Source: Aulosira sp. ZfuVER01 (GTDB lineage: Bacteria > Cyanobacteriota > Cyanobacteriia > Cyanobacteriales > Nostocaceae). From it: a stretch of 21,823 bases of DNA. Of the stretch, positions 6,152 through 15,908 are shown piece by piece; position 1 is the first letter of the stretch, and each line of letters opens with the position of its first letter. The position numbers were made by a program, and so were the translations under genes. The notes below the pieces were generated by a model. That model searched no databases and was not told the origin of the DNA. It saw only the letters and a program-made list of their open reading frames with translations. The stretch spans positions 1 through 21,823 of the forward strand of contig JAVRCV020000076.1 of NCBI GenBank assembly GCA_034530615.2. The letters are read 5' to 3'.

Positions 6152-9100
6152 CTATTCTATCCCTTCAATCCGGTCTTCAACTTCTTGGTACAACTCGCGC
6201 AGACGATTTAAGTTCTCCTCGCTAGTTTCCCAATAACCGCGTCCATTCACTTCCAACAAAGTTGATACAACCTTGCGGAAAGAATGGGGATTAAGGTTCA
6301 TCAAGCGTTTCTGCATTTCTTCATCTTTGATGAAGGTTTCGTTGGTATCTTCGTAAATCCAGTTATCCACAGCGCCGGCTGTCGCACTCCAACCCATTGT
6401 ATTTACCAACCGCTTGGAGAGTTCGCGCACGCCTTCGTAACCGTGAGATAGCATTCCCTCGTACCATTTGGGATTTAATAATTTAGTACGAGCATCTAAG
6501 CGCACGGTTTCTGATAATGTCCGCACCTGAGCATTAGCTGTGGTGGTATCTGCAATGTAAGATGCTGGTGTTTTACCATCACCCCGCAGACTTGCAACCA
6601 ACTTAGTGGGATCGGAGTCGAAATAGTGAGAAACGTCTGTCAAGCTGATCTCGGAAGAATCGAGATTTTGGAAAGTTGCATCAGCAGTTTTGAGAGTAGT
6701 TTCAAAAATCTGCCGTGACTCATCCATCACACCAGGGTTATCAGAATTGAAGGCGAAAGATTTACGCTTGAGGTACATTTCCTGTAACTCGGCTTCGCTG
6801 TCCCAAGTGCTGTTTTCTACTGCCAAGTTGATATTTGACGAGTAGGAACCGGAAGCGTTGGAGAAGACGCGAGTTGCTGCTTGACGCAGATTAATACCCA
6901 TTTCCTCGGCTTGTTGCAAAGCGTGTTTGCGGACAAAGTTCATTTCTAAAGGTTCGTCCGCTTCAGCCGCCATCTTCACGCCTTGATCTAACAGATTCAT
7001 TTGGTTGATGAACAAGTCGCGGAATACACCAGAACAGTTGATTACCACGTCAATTCTGGGGCGTCCCAACTCTTCTAAAGGTATCAATTCTAACTTGTTC
7101 ACTCTTCCCAAGGCATCGGGAACTGGGCGTACACCGACCATCCACATGATTTGTGCCAAGGATTCCCCGTAGGTTTTGATGTTATCGGTTCCCCAAAGTA
7201 CACAGGCGATGGTTTCAGGCCATTTGCCGTCGTTTTCGGCTTTGTTTCTTGCCAACAGCCGATCCACAACGATTTTTGCTGATTGCACAGCCGCACTCGT
7301 GGGGATGGATTGGGGATCGAGGGCGTGGATGTTCTTACCTGTGGGTAATACATCCGGGTTGCGGATGGGATCGCCACCGGGGCCGGGTAGGATGTACTCG
7401 CCTTCTAAGCCTTGGAGTAATCCACCAAGTTCGTTGTCTGCACAGACTTGCTGTAAGCAGAATTCCAAATACTCAAATAGTGGTTTTAAGGCGGCGGTAT
7501 CAACTTTGCTATAGCCTGCTTTATGCAATGATTCTACCCAAGGTTCTTTTTTGCCCATGTTGAAGAAGTTGAGCTTGGAAACGAGAGAAACTCGTCCTTC
7601 TGCGTCAGTTTGTTCTTTCACCAGGGCGCTAACTGCACCACGGGTAGCTAAGGTGATGTCTTGCAATAGCTGGACATCTTCTAATACGCCTTTGTCGTTA
7701 TTGCGATAAATATCGTCAATGTCACGCCCAATGCTGTTAGCGATAATGCGGGGTAAGCTGAGAATTTCTTCTTCTTGACGATCTAAGCTAGCAATGTTGA
7801 CCAAAGTTGCGATCGCTTCTTCTGCTGTCGGCGGTTTACCAATAATATGCAATCCACAAGGCAACAAGCGGGATTCAATTTCCATCAGCTTGCGGTAAAC
7901 GCTGCCAACAATATTATCGCGTTCATCTTCGGTCATATCCTTGGCATCGGCTTCTGGCAAGTTGATATCCTTGTCCAGGTTCACCATCCGGCATTTATCC
8001 ATGATGGAGTTGACAATGGGGATACCGCGTCCTGTATCTTTCAGGGTTTGGTAAGAAGCTATCAACTCGCTGAGTTCTTTTAAACCCTTGTATAAACCAG
8101 CATTTTCTGCGGGGGGTGTCAGGTAGGAAATTGTCTCGGCATAGCTACGGCGCTTGGCAATTGTCGCTTCACTGGGGTTATTGGCTGCGTAATAATACAG
8201 GTTAGGAATTGTGCCAATTAGTTGGTCTGGGTAACAATCACCAGACATCCCCATCTGCTTACCAGGCATGAATTCCAAAGAACCGTGAGTGCCGAAGTGT
8301 AGTACAGCGTCAGCTTCCCAAACTCTCTCTAGGTAAGTATAGTAAGCAGCAAAACCGTGGTGCGGGCTAGCAGAACGGGAGAATAACAACCGCATCGGAT
8401 CGCCTTCGTAACCAAAGGTAGGCTGAACACCGATAAACACATTACCAAAATGTTTGCCGTAAATCAGCAGGTTTTGTCCGTCGCTGTTGAGATGTCCAGG
8501 AGGTGGGCCCCAGTTTTCTTCTAGGCGTTGCGAGTAAGGTGTCAGTGTTTCATATTCTGGCACTGACATTTTGTAAGCAATATTGAGTTCTGGGCTAGCA
8601 TACTGTGCTTGAGCATCGTGGATGACTTCTTGCATCAACGCTTCGGCTGATTCCGGTAATTCTGGCAAGTCGTAGCCGTTATTCTTGAGGCCTTTCATGA
8701 CCTCATAGATGGAACCGAACACATCCAAGTAAGCAGCTGTACCCACATTCCCTTTATCAGGGGGGAAGCTGAAAACTGTAATTGCAACTTTTTTATCAAG
8801 CTTGGGTTTGCGGCGGAGATTAGCCCATTTTAAAGCGCGTTTGGCGACAACTTCCACCCGGTCTTGGAGTGCGATCGCTTTGCCTGTAGCACCATCTCTA
8901 CCTGATAAAATGATCGGCTCAATTGCTCCATCCAATTCCGGTATGGCAATTTGCAAAGCTACTTGAATTGGATGTAACCCCAAATCGCTATCCATCCACT
9001 CTTGGGTGGTTTGGAATACTAGAGGCAATGCCACCATGTAAGGGCGATTTAAGCGCTTGAGTGCGTCGATTGCTTTGGGATGGTCTTGTCTTGCTGGGCC

Positions 9101-10138
9101 ACCTACTAAGGCAAACCCAGTCAAAGAAATTACCGCATCTACCAATGGCGTTTTGGTAGTGGGTTCGTAGAAGTAAGCATCCACTGGCTTGGAGAAATCC
9201 AAACCACCAGCAAATACTGGTAGTACTCTGGCTCCGAGTGATTCTAACTCCTGCACTATAGCCACATAGTGAGCGTCATCGCCTGTAACTAAGTGAGTGC
9301 GTTGCAATACCAACCCAACACAAGGAGCTAAAGGATCTTTGAGATCGCTGGGGATATCCTTACGGGCTGTGTACCAATTGAGGTATTCTCTGACATCCTC
9401 AAACATACTGGGGGCCAGGGGATGCCAAATCCCCAAATCGGGATATACCACTGGCGCTTGATATGTAGTAGATGCAAGATTTTGTTTTTCTACACCTTTT
9501 AATACATATTTGTCAGTCAGCATCAGCAAGAAGTTTTCCAGGTTTTCTGGCGAACCTCCTAGCCAATACTGAAAACTGAGCATGAAATTGCGAGCATCCT
9601 GTGCTTTGTCCATTGGCAGAAACTTCAGCACTTGTGGCAGAGTCCGCAACAGTTTCAGCATTCCATCTTGGAAGCCTGCACCGGATTTTTCCTTGCGCTT
9701 GCGCATGAATTGGGCGATCGCACTCTTGGATTGACCCAACTGTGCCAGAGAAAAGCTGCCCATTTTGTTCAGGCGCATAACTTCTGGCATTGAGGGAAAC
9801 ACCACCGCCACATCTAAGCGATCGCGGTGTGGTTCTACGGCGGCTACAACTTTCTGTGCTAAGTCTTCAATGAAAATCAGTGAGGCAATAAATATATTGG
9901 CACTCTCGATATCCCGTTTGAACTCCTCGTAGTTCTCTGAATCTCGGAGTTCCTCAATTAAGTACCCACTAATTTCAATCGCAAGATTGGGATGGTTAGC
10001 GTTTATGGTACGAACAGCTTGCGACAATGCACTCTGGTACTGGGACTCAAGCACGACATAGACCACCTTGATTAAATTACGTCCGCGTAAATTATCAGGC
10101 GCAATATGTCTGATGGTGGACTTGACGTGGGTGAACAT
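6152..10138 (-). CDS. chlH: Magnesium chelatase subunit H
   Basis: 1328 aa. [87 protein letters not shown], and C-terminal [10 protein letters not shown]. Confidence 0.99.
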   Translation of the reverse strand: MFTHVKSTIRHIAPDNLRGRNLIKVVYVVLESQYQSALSQAVRTINANHPNLAIEISGYLIEELRDSENYEEFKRDIESANIFIASLIFIEDLAQKVVAAVEPHRDRLDVAVVFPSMPEVMRLNKMGSFSLAQLGQSKSAIAQFMRKRKEKSGAGFQDGMLKLLRTLPQVLKFLPMDKAQDARNFMLSFQYWLGGSPENLENFLLMLTDKYVLKGVEKQNLASTTYQAPVVYPDLGIWHPLAPSMFEDVREYLNWYTARKDIPSDLKDPLAPCVGLVLQRTHLVTGDDAHYVAIVQELESLGARVLPVFAGGLDFSKPVDAYFYEPTTKTPLVDAVISLTGFALVGGPARQDHPKAIDALKRLNRPYMVALPLVFQTTQEWMDSDLGLHPIQVALQIAIPELDGAIEPIILSGRDGATGKAIALQDRVEVVAKRALKWANLRRKPKLDKKVAITVFSFPPDKGNVGTAAYLDVFGSIYEVMKGLKNNGYDLPELPESAEALMQEVIHDAQAQYASPELNIAYKMSVPEYETLTPYSQRLEENWGPPPGHLNSDGQNLLIYGKHFGNVFIGVQPTFGYEGDPMRLLFSRSASPHHGFAAYYTYLERVWEADAVLHFGTHGSLEFMPGKQMGMSGDCYPDQLIGTIPNLYYYAANNPSEATIAKRRSYAETISYLTPPAENAGLYKGLKELSELIASYQTLKDTGRGIPIVNSIMDKCRMVNLDKDINLPEADAKDMTEDERDNIVGSVYRKLMEIESRLLPCGLHIIGKPPTAEEAIATLVNIASLDRQEEEILSLPRIIANSIGRDIDDIYRNNDKGVLEDVQLLQDITLATRGAVSALVKEQTDAEGRVSLVSKLNFFNMGKKEPWVESLHKAGYSKVDTAALKPLFEYLEFCLQQVCADNELGGLLQGLEGEYILPGPGGDPIRNPDVLPTGKNIHALDPQSIPTSAAVQSAKIVVDRLLARNKAENDGKWPETIACVLWGTDNIKTYGESLAQIMWMVGVRPVPDALGRVNKLELIPLEELGRPRIDVVINCSGVFRDLFINQMNLLDQGVKMAAEADEPLEMNFVRKHALQQAEEMGINLRQAATRVFSNASGSYSSNINLAVENSTWDSEAELQEMYLKRKSFAFNSDNPGVMDESRQIFETTLKTADATFQNLDSSEISLTDVSHYFDSDPTKLVASLRGDGKTPASYIADTTTANAQVRTLSETVRLDARTKLLNPKWYEGMLSHGYEGVRELSKRLVNTMGWSATAGAVDNWIYEDTNETFIKDEEMQKRLMNLNPHSFRKVVSTLLEVNGRGYWETSEENLNRLRELYQEVEDRIEGIE

Positions 10139-10618
10139 GCAGATAGGCTCCTTTGATGCGCGTTCTCTACTAGAAGTTCATCACGGCTGATGCTGCCGCT
10201 CGTAACTTCGACTAAAATTTTTAGGAATATGAATTTTTTTTATCAGAAAATGCCTACCAAATGCTCATTTTGTCGTCTAACTGACACAAATCGATAAACA
10301 TAATGACATATTTCTTTGCGGATATTGATTTTTGTAGAGAGTATTTGCTACACTGATTGTTAAAAAATATAAATAAACACCTGACAAAACTTTTAATTTC
10401 GTCAGTAATATGCTGGTTATTTAACTATAAAGCGATATTATTCAGATTTTAAATCGGTTATTTTTAATACAAGCAATTTCCCCAATATAATCTTGATGAA
10501 ACTTAGACTGCACAACGGTAGTCTGTAATACAGAATTTATGGTTCTATTTTCAAACTTAGTTAAAGTCGCGTTTGACTTTTGACAGTGAGAAGTCACTAT
10601 CAGACATGAGCAATATTG

Positions 10619-10873
10619 TCACTGTGCTTGATTTTCGTCTGTTTTAGCCTGTAATTGCTGAACTTGCTCAAGAGTTAAACCAGTAACGCGGACAATTAAT
10701 GCGATCGCAAATCCTTCGTTGAGCATATTTCTAGCAATCTCCTGGGCTTTTTGTTCTAAACCCTGTTCTAAACCCTGTTCTAAGCCCTGTTCTAAGCCCT
10801 GTTCTAAGCCCTGCTCAAATCCTTCTTTAAGCCCTTCTTGCAAAATATCTTGATAAATTACAGATTCGCGCAT
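10619..10873 (-). CDS. Putative intragenic small protein (RpnS-like antitoxin), 84 aa, in frame with the Rpn C-terminus
   Basis: Minus strand reads GGAG-TGATATT-ATG CGC GAA: an SD-like GGAG 7 nt before the in-frame Met of MRESVIYQ. Confidence 0.6.
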   Translation of the reverse strand: MRESVIYQDILQEGLKEGFEQGLEQGLEQGLEQGLEQGLEQKAQEIARNMLNEGFAIALIVRVTGLTLEQVQQLQAKTDENQAQ

Positions 10874-11461
10874 AATATCACTCCGCAAAATTCTTTTAAT
10901 CAAGTCTTTATTTAATACTAGCCCAGCTAAAACTGCTGTTGACGCAGCAATATTACTGCGGATGCGGGTGTCAGTGATTGCTTCAATAACTTCCGCAACT
11001 TCTTCTAAGGTTCGGCTTTGATCGTCGGTTTGGCTTAAAGTTGCAAACGGTAGCAAACCTGGAGAATTTAAAAATAGTTCCGTTGGTTGTTCCCAAAGTC
11101 GAATTACGTCAAATCTGTGCCAGGTATTCTCTAAGACAAATTCCGTTTGGTAAACTAGCTCAGAATCGCTAGGTTGTAAATAAATTACCACCTGACGCAT
11201 TCGCTTATTAGGAAATCTTCGGTACACCCGTAAGCGATAATCACACATCCGAAAGGGAATATTAGCGTCTGGTCGAGTTTGGAATTCCAGATGAAGGACG
11301 ATTTCATCTGACTGCAACAAAATTAGTGCATCTGCGCGGATTGGTTCGAGGGATAATTCAGATGGGCTAAGTTCACTGAGTGTAATTGCTTCATTGAGTA
11401 GCCAATTTGCAAAGTCACTTGAAAATGATTCGGCAAGAAATTTACATACATTATCAAACAT
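10619..11461 (-). CDS. Rpn-family (recombination-promoting nuclease / PD-(D/E)XK transposase-like) protein
   Basis: MFDNVCKFLAE, LSPSELSLEPIRADALIL, LHLEFQT, PFRMCDYRLR, QVVIYL, MRESVIYQDILQEG, EQGL repeats and C-terminal helix-turn-helix-like IVRVTGLTLEQV. ATG at 11461; TTG at 11470 is an alternative. Confidence 0.9.
   Translation of the reverse strand: MFDNVCKFLAESFSSDFANWLLNEAITLSELSPSELSLEPIRADALILLQSDEIVLHLEFQTRPDANIPFRMCDYRLRVYRRFPNKRMRQVVIYLQPSDSELVYQTEFVLENTWHRFDVIRLWEQPTELFLNSPGLLPFATLSQTDDQSRTLEEVAEVIEAITDTRIRSNIAASTAVLAGLVLNKDLIKRILRSDIMRESVIYQDILQEGLKEGFEQGLEQGLEQGLEQGLEQGLEQKAQEIARNMLNEGFAIALIVRVTGLTLEQVQQLQAKTDENQAQ
10752..10836. repeat. 12-bp coding tandem repeat (EQGL)n
   Basis: TGTTCTAA(A/G)CCC repeated about five times plus degenerate copies; encodes EGLKEGFEQGLEQGLEQGLEQGLEQGLEQ. 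Confidence 0.9.
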
Positions 11462-11561
11462 AGTCTGCAATTATATCAGTAGTATCGTCCCTGTCACTTA
11501 GGAACGAATTAGGTAATATTTGCCTCTTGACTAATAGCCTCTAACTTTTCACCATTAACTC

Positions 11562-12815
11562 ATGACTCCAGTAGATATTCTCATTCTCTCCAATGGGCCT
11601 GGGGAGGTAACAACCTGGGTGCGTCCAGTAGTGAAAGCATTGCGGCAACAATTGGGCAACGATCCTTCTGTAGTCAGGATTTCCGTAGTTTTATCACCTT
11701 GTCCTAATGCTAGCGGTAAAGAAGCGGCGATCGCTCTTTCATATCCAGAAGTAGATAGAGTTCAAGCGGCAGAGCATTTTTGGTCATTTTTACTTTGGGG
11801 CAAAACTGTTGATAATTGGGATTGGAGAAGTTGCGGAGTAGTGGTATTTCTGGGTGGGGATCAATTTTTTCCTGTTGTCATTGGTAAAAAACTTGGTTAC
11901 AAGACAGTTATTTATGCCGAATGGGATGCACGGTGGTATAGCTTAATAGATCGCTTTGGCGTGATGACACCAAAAGTTGCTGAACGCATTCCCCAGAAAT
12001 ATGCCCACAAATTTACTGTGGTGGGGGATTTGATGTTAGAGGCACAGAGTTCACTCAAGACTCAGGACTCAGGACTCAGCACCGAACTCATCGGTATATT
12101 ACCCGGCTCCAAAGCCGCAAAGTTAGCCCAAGGAGTACCATTAACATTAGCGATCGCAGAATACATCAACGCCAAAAGACCCCAAACCAATTTTGTAATT
12201 CCTGTAGCACCGACTTTGGATTTACAAACCTTAGCTAGTTTTGCAGATTCTCAAAAAAACTCTTTTGTGGAAACCTTTGGCTTTAGTGGTGCTTCCTTAA
12301 TTTTCCCAGAAGACAACCAACAGAAGCCAGTACTCAAAACAGCTAATGGCTTAACTGTGGAACTTTGGCAGGAATCGCCCGCCTATCAATTATTATCTCA
12401 ATGTAGTATCTGCTTAACTACAGTTGGAGCCAACACCGCAGAACTTGGTGCTTTAGCTGTGCCAATGATTGTTTTGCTACCTACCCAACAACTTGATGCT
12501 ATGCGTTCTTGGGATGGTTTACCGGGATTGTTAGCTAATTTACCAGGTTTAGGTTCAACCTTCGCCAAAATTATTAACTGGTTCTTCCTCAGACGCAAAG
12601 GTTTATTAGCTTGGCCGAATATCTGGGCACAACAAGAGATAGTACCCGAACTAGTAGGACAACTCCAGCCACAAGACATTGGCGAAATGGTATTAGATTT
12701 ACTAACTCATCCCGAAAAATTAGCGCAAATGCAACTCAAGTTACGCAATGTCAGAGGCGAAGCAGGCGCAGCACAGAAGTTAGCAACTTTGGTTAAGGAA
12801 GAAATAGATCTTTAG
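11562..12815 (+). CDS. lpxB: Lipid-A-disaccharide synthase (LpxB)-like GT-B glycosyltransferase
   Basis: ILILSNGPGE, FTVVGDLM, IGILPGSK, TTVGANTAELGALAVPMIV, LAWPNIWAQQEIVPEL. These match the LpxB motifs LPGSR and LPN...VPEL. Confidence 0.7.
   Translation: MTPVDILILSNGPGEVTTWVRPVVKALRQQLGNDPSVVRISVVLSPCPNASGKEAAIALSYPEVDRVQAAEHFWSFLLWGKTVDNWDWRSCGVVVFLGGDQFFPVVIGKKLGYKTVIYAEWDARWYSLIDRFGVMTPKVAERIPQKYAHKFTVVGDLMLEAQSSLKTQDSGLSTELIGILPGSKAAKLAQGVPLTLAIAEYINAKRPQTNFVIPVAPTLDLQTLASFADSQKNSFVETFGFSGASLIFPEDNQQKPVLKTANGLTVELWQESPAYQLLSQCSICLTTVGANTAELGALAVPMIVLLPTQQLDAMRSWDGLPGLLANLPGLGSTFAKIINWFFLRRKGLLAWPNIWAQQEIVPELVGQLQPQDIGEMVLDLLTHPEKLAQMQLKLRNVRGEAGAAQKLATLVKEEIDL
12053..12080 (+). repeat. 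Heptamer STRR (ACTCAGG-type, 4 copies) inside the lpxB-like CDS
   Basis: ACTCAAG ACTCAGG ACTCAGG ACTCAGC. Confidence 0.8.
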
Positions 12816-12824
12816 GCATCTTAA

Positions 12825-12856
12825 CCTTCTGCCTTCTGCCTTCTGCCTTCTGCCTT
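12825..12856. repeat. Heptamer STRR (CCTTCTG, 4.5 copies) between convergent genes
   Basis: CCTTCTG CCTTCTG CCTTCTG CCTTCTG CCTT. Confidence 0.92.
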
Positions 12857-13241
12857 AATCAGAAGAACTCCCATCCCGTCGCCCTAGTTCATAAATACCA
12901 GAACCAATACAAGCAAGTATGCCTGTACTGATTCCCCAACTAGGGCCTAAACTGATTTCCAAACCCCAGTGAACTAAAGCACCAGCTATCAAAAAAGGCA
13001 CGATACTAAACAGAGAAGCATAAAAAGCGTTTTGAGATTCTCTAGCTTTGCGAGTTCTTTCAAATTCCGATTTGCTAGTGTACATTGAGCGCTCGGCAAA
13101 GTTAAACCAACGGTTGAGTTGCTCAATTACCCATTCGCTGAGTGGGGAAAAAGCTAAGTATAGCGCCAAAGACCACAAACTCGCTCCTGCGATCGCAATT
13201 GTGTTCAATTCAAACTGGAAAGGCAAAATGTCTGTCAGCAT
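12855..13241 (-). CDS. Small membrane protein (three predicted TM helices), function unknown
   Basis: Hydrophobic segments IAIAGASLWSLALYLAF, ASLFSIVPFLIAGALVHWGL and WGISTGILACIGSGIYELGR. Confidence 0.8.
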   Translation of the reverse strand: MLTDILPFQFELNTIAIAGASLWSLALYLAFSPLSEWVIEQLNRWFNFAERSMYTSKSEFERTRKARESQNAFYASLFSIVPFLIAGALVHWGLEISLGPSWGISTGILACIGSGIYELGRRDGSSSD

Positions 13242-13780
13242 AGTTTGTGGAATTCTGGCAAAGGCGCATTTTTAACTATAAAGCTTTGATAGATGCTAAA
13301 TAAAGCGTTTAAATAAATTAAGTTAACAATCTTTTGCCGGATTGGCAACTCTCTTGAGGGTAAATTATCTCAGCCAAAAATTGTTTTATAGATACTAATG
13401 TATGAATTTACATACAAACTGCATCCGTGAAAACTAGCATAAACATTCACCACTAAAAATTACTTAATCCGTAATTACTAGCTAACCACTATGCTAATTA
13501 GCGACTATACTTGTCTACTGAAATGTATGAAAAATACTTATTACGTCTGATTTTTAGGTTTTTGATTTCAATAGCTAATCAGACAATTTTGACAGTTTAA
13601 AAAGCATTATATTGTCAGCTAGATAACTTGACATGGTAATATGGACGAGCTAAATATTGCCATATCACCAATATTGAGATATCAATAATCAAGCAGCTTT
13701 CATATAAGCTTTTTCAACCAGATTCAACTGAAATTCTCCAGCAATTTACTAATAATTTTATTGAATTGAGGAATAAAAAA

Positions 13781-14482
13781 ATGAGTAAACGGCAACATAG
13801 AGTAATAGTATCAGGCGCTACTTTATTAATATTAGGGTTGAGTCTTGGAAGTTTAATGACTCTATTACCTAAGCCAGAAATTGCTGGAGCTAGAGAAGCT
13901 AAGTCAAATAAAGCAAATAGCGGTAATGCTTGGCTATCTGCCTCTTTCCCTGTGGAAAACTTTAAAGCTTACACTTCTGCCTTTGGTTATCGCCGTTCTG
14001 CTACTGGTGGAGATAACTGGGAATTTCATGGAGGCTTGGATATTGCAGCTCCGCAAGGTAGCTACATTCGTAATTGGTGGGGTGGTAAGGTAATTAAAGT
14101 TGGCGATCGCGATGCCTGCGGCACCCATATCATCATTAAATCGGGAGCGTGGCAGCATACCTACTGCCACATGGAAGGACACGTCGAAACCGTATCTGGT
14201 CGCCGTTATCTAGTTGACCGCGCAGGTGGAATTCAAATTGCCGAAGGTCAACAAATACCAACTGGTATCAGAATTGGCAGGGTAGGAATGTCCGGACGCA
14301 CTACCGGGCCGCATCTGCACTGGGGACTGAAGTACGATACCAACTATGTAGACCCAGCAATGGTTCTGCGGGAAATGTTCTCACAGCAGCAAATTGCTAG
14401 ACGAGAAGGATCAACAGTTAATGCTCAACAGTCACAAGTCTTAATTCAAGAATCACAGTATACTCGCGATTCTGGTTATTAA
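13781..14482 (+). CDS. M23-family zinc metallopeptidase (peptidoglycan hydrolase-like) with N-terminal signal/TM
   Basis: HxxxD (FHGGLDIAAP), YCHM and HxH (TTGPHLHW). GAGGA lies upstream of the ATG at 13781. Confidence 0.92.
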   Translation: MSKRQHRVIVSGATLLILGLSLGSLMTLLPKPEIAGAREAKSNKANSGNAWLSASFPVENFKAYTSAFGYRRSATGGDNWEFHGGLDIAAPQGSYIRNWWGGKVIKVGDRDACGTHIIIKSGAWQHTYCHMEGHVETVSGRRYLVDRAGGIQIAEGQQIPTGIRIGRVGMSGRTTGPHLHWGLKYDTNYVDPAMVLREMFSQQQIARREGSTVNAQQSQVLIQESQYTRDSGY

Positions 14483-14609
14483 GGACAAAGGGACACAAGG
14501 GAGTGTGGGGAGTGTGGGGAGAAATGACAAATTGATAAAAGTTTATACATTCCGGAAATTGTTATTCTCGATGTGAAGTTTGGCTCAAGTGTATTTATAT
14601 GCTTGAGAT

Positions 14610-15197
14610 ATGAAAATAAAGCTCTCACATCGCAACCTAGGATTAGTACTAGCATTGCTGTTGCTATCTACACCTGGTGCGGCTCTAGCACAAGCAGAGA
14701 CAGATAACCAGCAAGACATATTAATCGAAGCGGTTTCAGCAGATCAAGTTGATGTGCTGAAAAAGTTTCTAGATAATGGTGGCGATCCTGATAAATACTT
14801 TGCGCTGGCGGTAAGTGACGGTTCCATGCAGAGTGTGGTACTAATGCTACGGCGGGGAGCAAATGTGAATCTTCCCGATGCAAATGGTATAACTCCGTTG
14901 ATGGTTGCAGCCCGGTATACATATCGTGCTGGAGCAGAAATGACGAAATTTCTGCTGGATAAAGGTGCTTTAGTCAATGCCAAAAGTCACAAAGGTAGCA
15001 CTGCACTGATGTTTTCTTGCTCACCAGTAGCTAGTTACTATGAAGATGAGTATGCAGAGGTGGTGAAAATGCTAATTGCTAAGGGCGCACAGCTAAATGT
15101 CAAAAACCAGATGGGAGCAACCGCCCTCAGTGTCGCAAAGCAAGGAAATTGGCAGAAAATAGTTGCCATCCTCAAGAAAGCAGGCGCAAACTCATAG
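14610..15197 (+). CDS. Secreted/periplasmic ankyrin-repeat protein
   Basis: Signal peptide ending AALA-Q. Ankyrin repeats GANVNLPDANGITPLMVAA, GALVNAKSHKGSTALMF and GAQLNVKNQMGATALSVA. Confidence 0.9.
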   Translation: MKIKLSHRNLGLVLALLLLSTPGAALAQAETDNQQDILIEAVSADQVDVLKKFLDNGGDPDKYFALAVSDGSMQSVVLMLRRGANVNLPDANGITPLMVAARYTYRAGAEMTKFLLDKGALVNAKSHKGSTALMFSCSPVASYYEDEYAEVVKMLIAKGAQLNVKNQMGATALSVAKQGNWQKIVAILKKAGANS

Positions 15198-15199
15198 TT

Positions 15200-15270
15200 C
15201 TATATGGTTCAGTTAAGAAAATTCCTCTGTGGGAACCAGGGAAGACAACAGGCTTATCCGAACTGTATTG
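15200..15270. mobile_element. Short MITE-like element with degenerate terminal inverted repeats
   Basis: Left CTATATGGTTCAGTTAAG versus reverse complement of right CTTATCCGAACTGTATTG: 13/18 match. From memory it resembles Nostoc AATACAGTTCAGTTAAG-ended repeats. Confidence 0.5.
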
Positions 15271-15707
15271 AATGATAGCCACCAGATGCCATGCGATCGC
15301 ACTATTTAAATACTCAATCGATCGTACTTACAACACAAGCTGGGTTTGAACTCCTATATTTAGCTTTTTTATTGAAGTTTAAACCCTAAGTGTAAATACA
15401 TAATCTTTAAATTGTAAAAAACTTAATTTTTCCTTAAGATGTGGTATATTTACTATATGACCAAATTTTGCGGGTAAAAATTAAAAGCAAAGGATTTTTC
15501 AATCACGGCAAATTTTTATTCTGTCAGCAATCTATCAGAAACAGTCTCAGATCGATATCCAAGCCAGTTGGTGTCTAGGTGCCAAAATAAATTGTCCGCT
15601 AGAAATTGACTTGCGCCTGAACCGATATTACTCACTCACAATACTTAGACGCCAGTGGCTTGTCGTGAGATATCACTAGTACTTTGTTATACCTAATTTG
15701 AAAGTTG

Positions 15708-15752
15708 GCAGCCAGCGGCTTTGCTTTCTCAAGCAAGCTTTGTGCTGGCTGC
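15708..15752. promoter_or_regulatory. GC-rich stem-loop in the leader of the AOS cluster
   Basis: Outer stem GCAGCCAGC...GCTGGCTGC (9 bp) and inner stem TTGCTT-tctc-AAGCAA. Confidence 0.45.
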
Positions 15753-15814
15753 AAAACAATCATAGTTGCGGTGACAGAGTCATACTTATCCGTGTCATTA
15801 ATTTTGATGAGTTC

Positions 15815-15840
15815 GTAGTCAGGGCTTAAGTCCTGACTAC
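15815..15840. repeat. REP-like palindrome
   Basis: GTAGTCAGG-GCTTAAGT-CCTGACTAC, a perfect 9-bp stem extendable by G:U pairing. Confidence 0.7.
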
Positions 15841-15908
15841 TAAGCTTTGGGCGAAAAATTTTTGCCTAATTACCAAATCTTGATTCCCATACTTAACTTC
15901 AATTAGAT

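Noticed and set aside
7099..8083. Alternative-frame and antisense ORFs in chlH (7099-7377, 7176-7514, 7249-7563, 7847-8083)
   Set aside because: Shadow ORFs within a highly conserved gene.
10518..10531. GTA-N8-TAC (NtcA-like box) about 380 bp upstream of chlH
   Set aside because: Only the minimal 6-nt consensus matches, with no TAN3T -10 element at the expected 22-nt spacing; expected by chance.
14483..14522. G-rich GGGAGTGTG repeats after the M23 gene
   Set aside because: Only about 2.5 copies of a common Nostocales intergenic short repeat.
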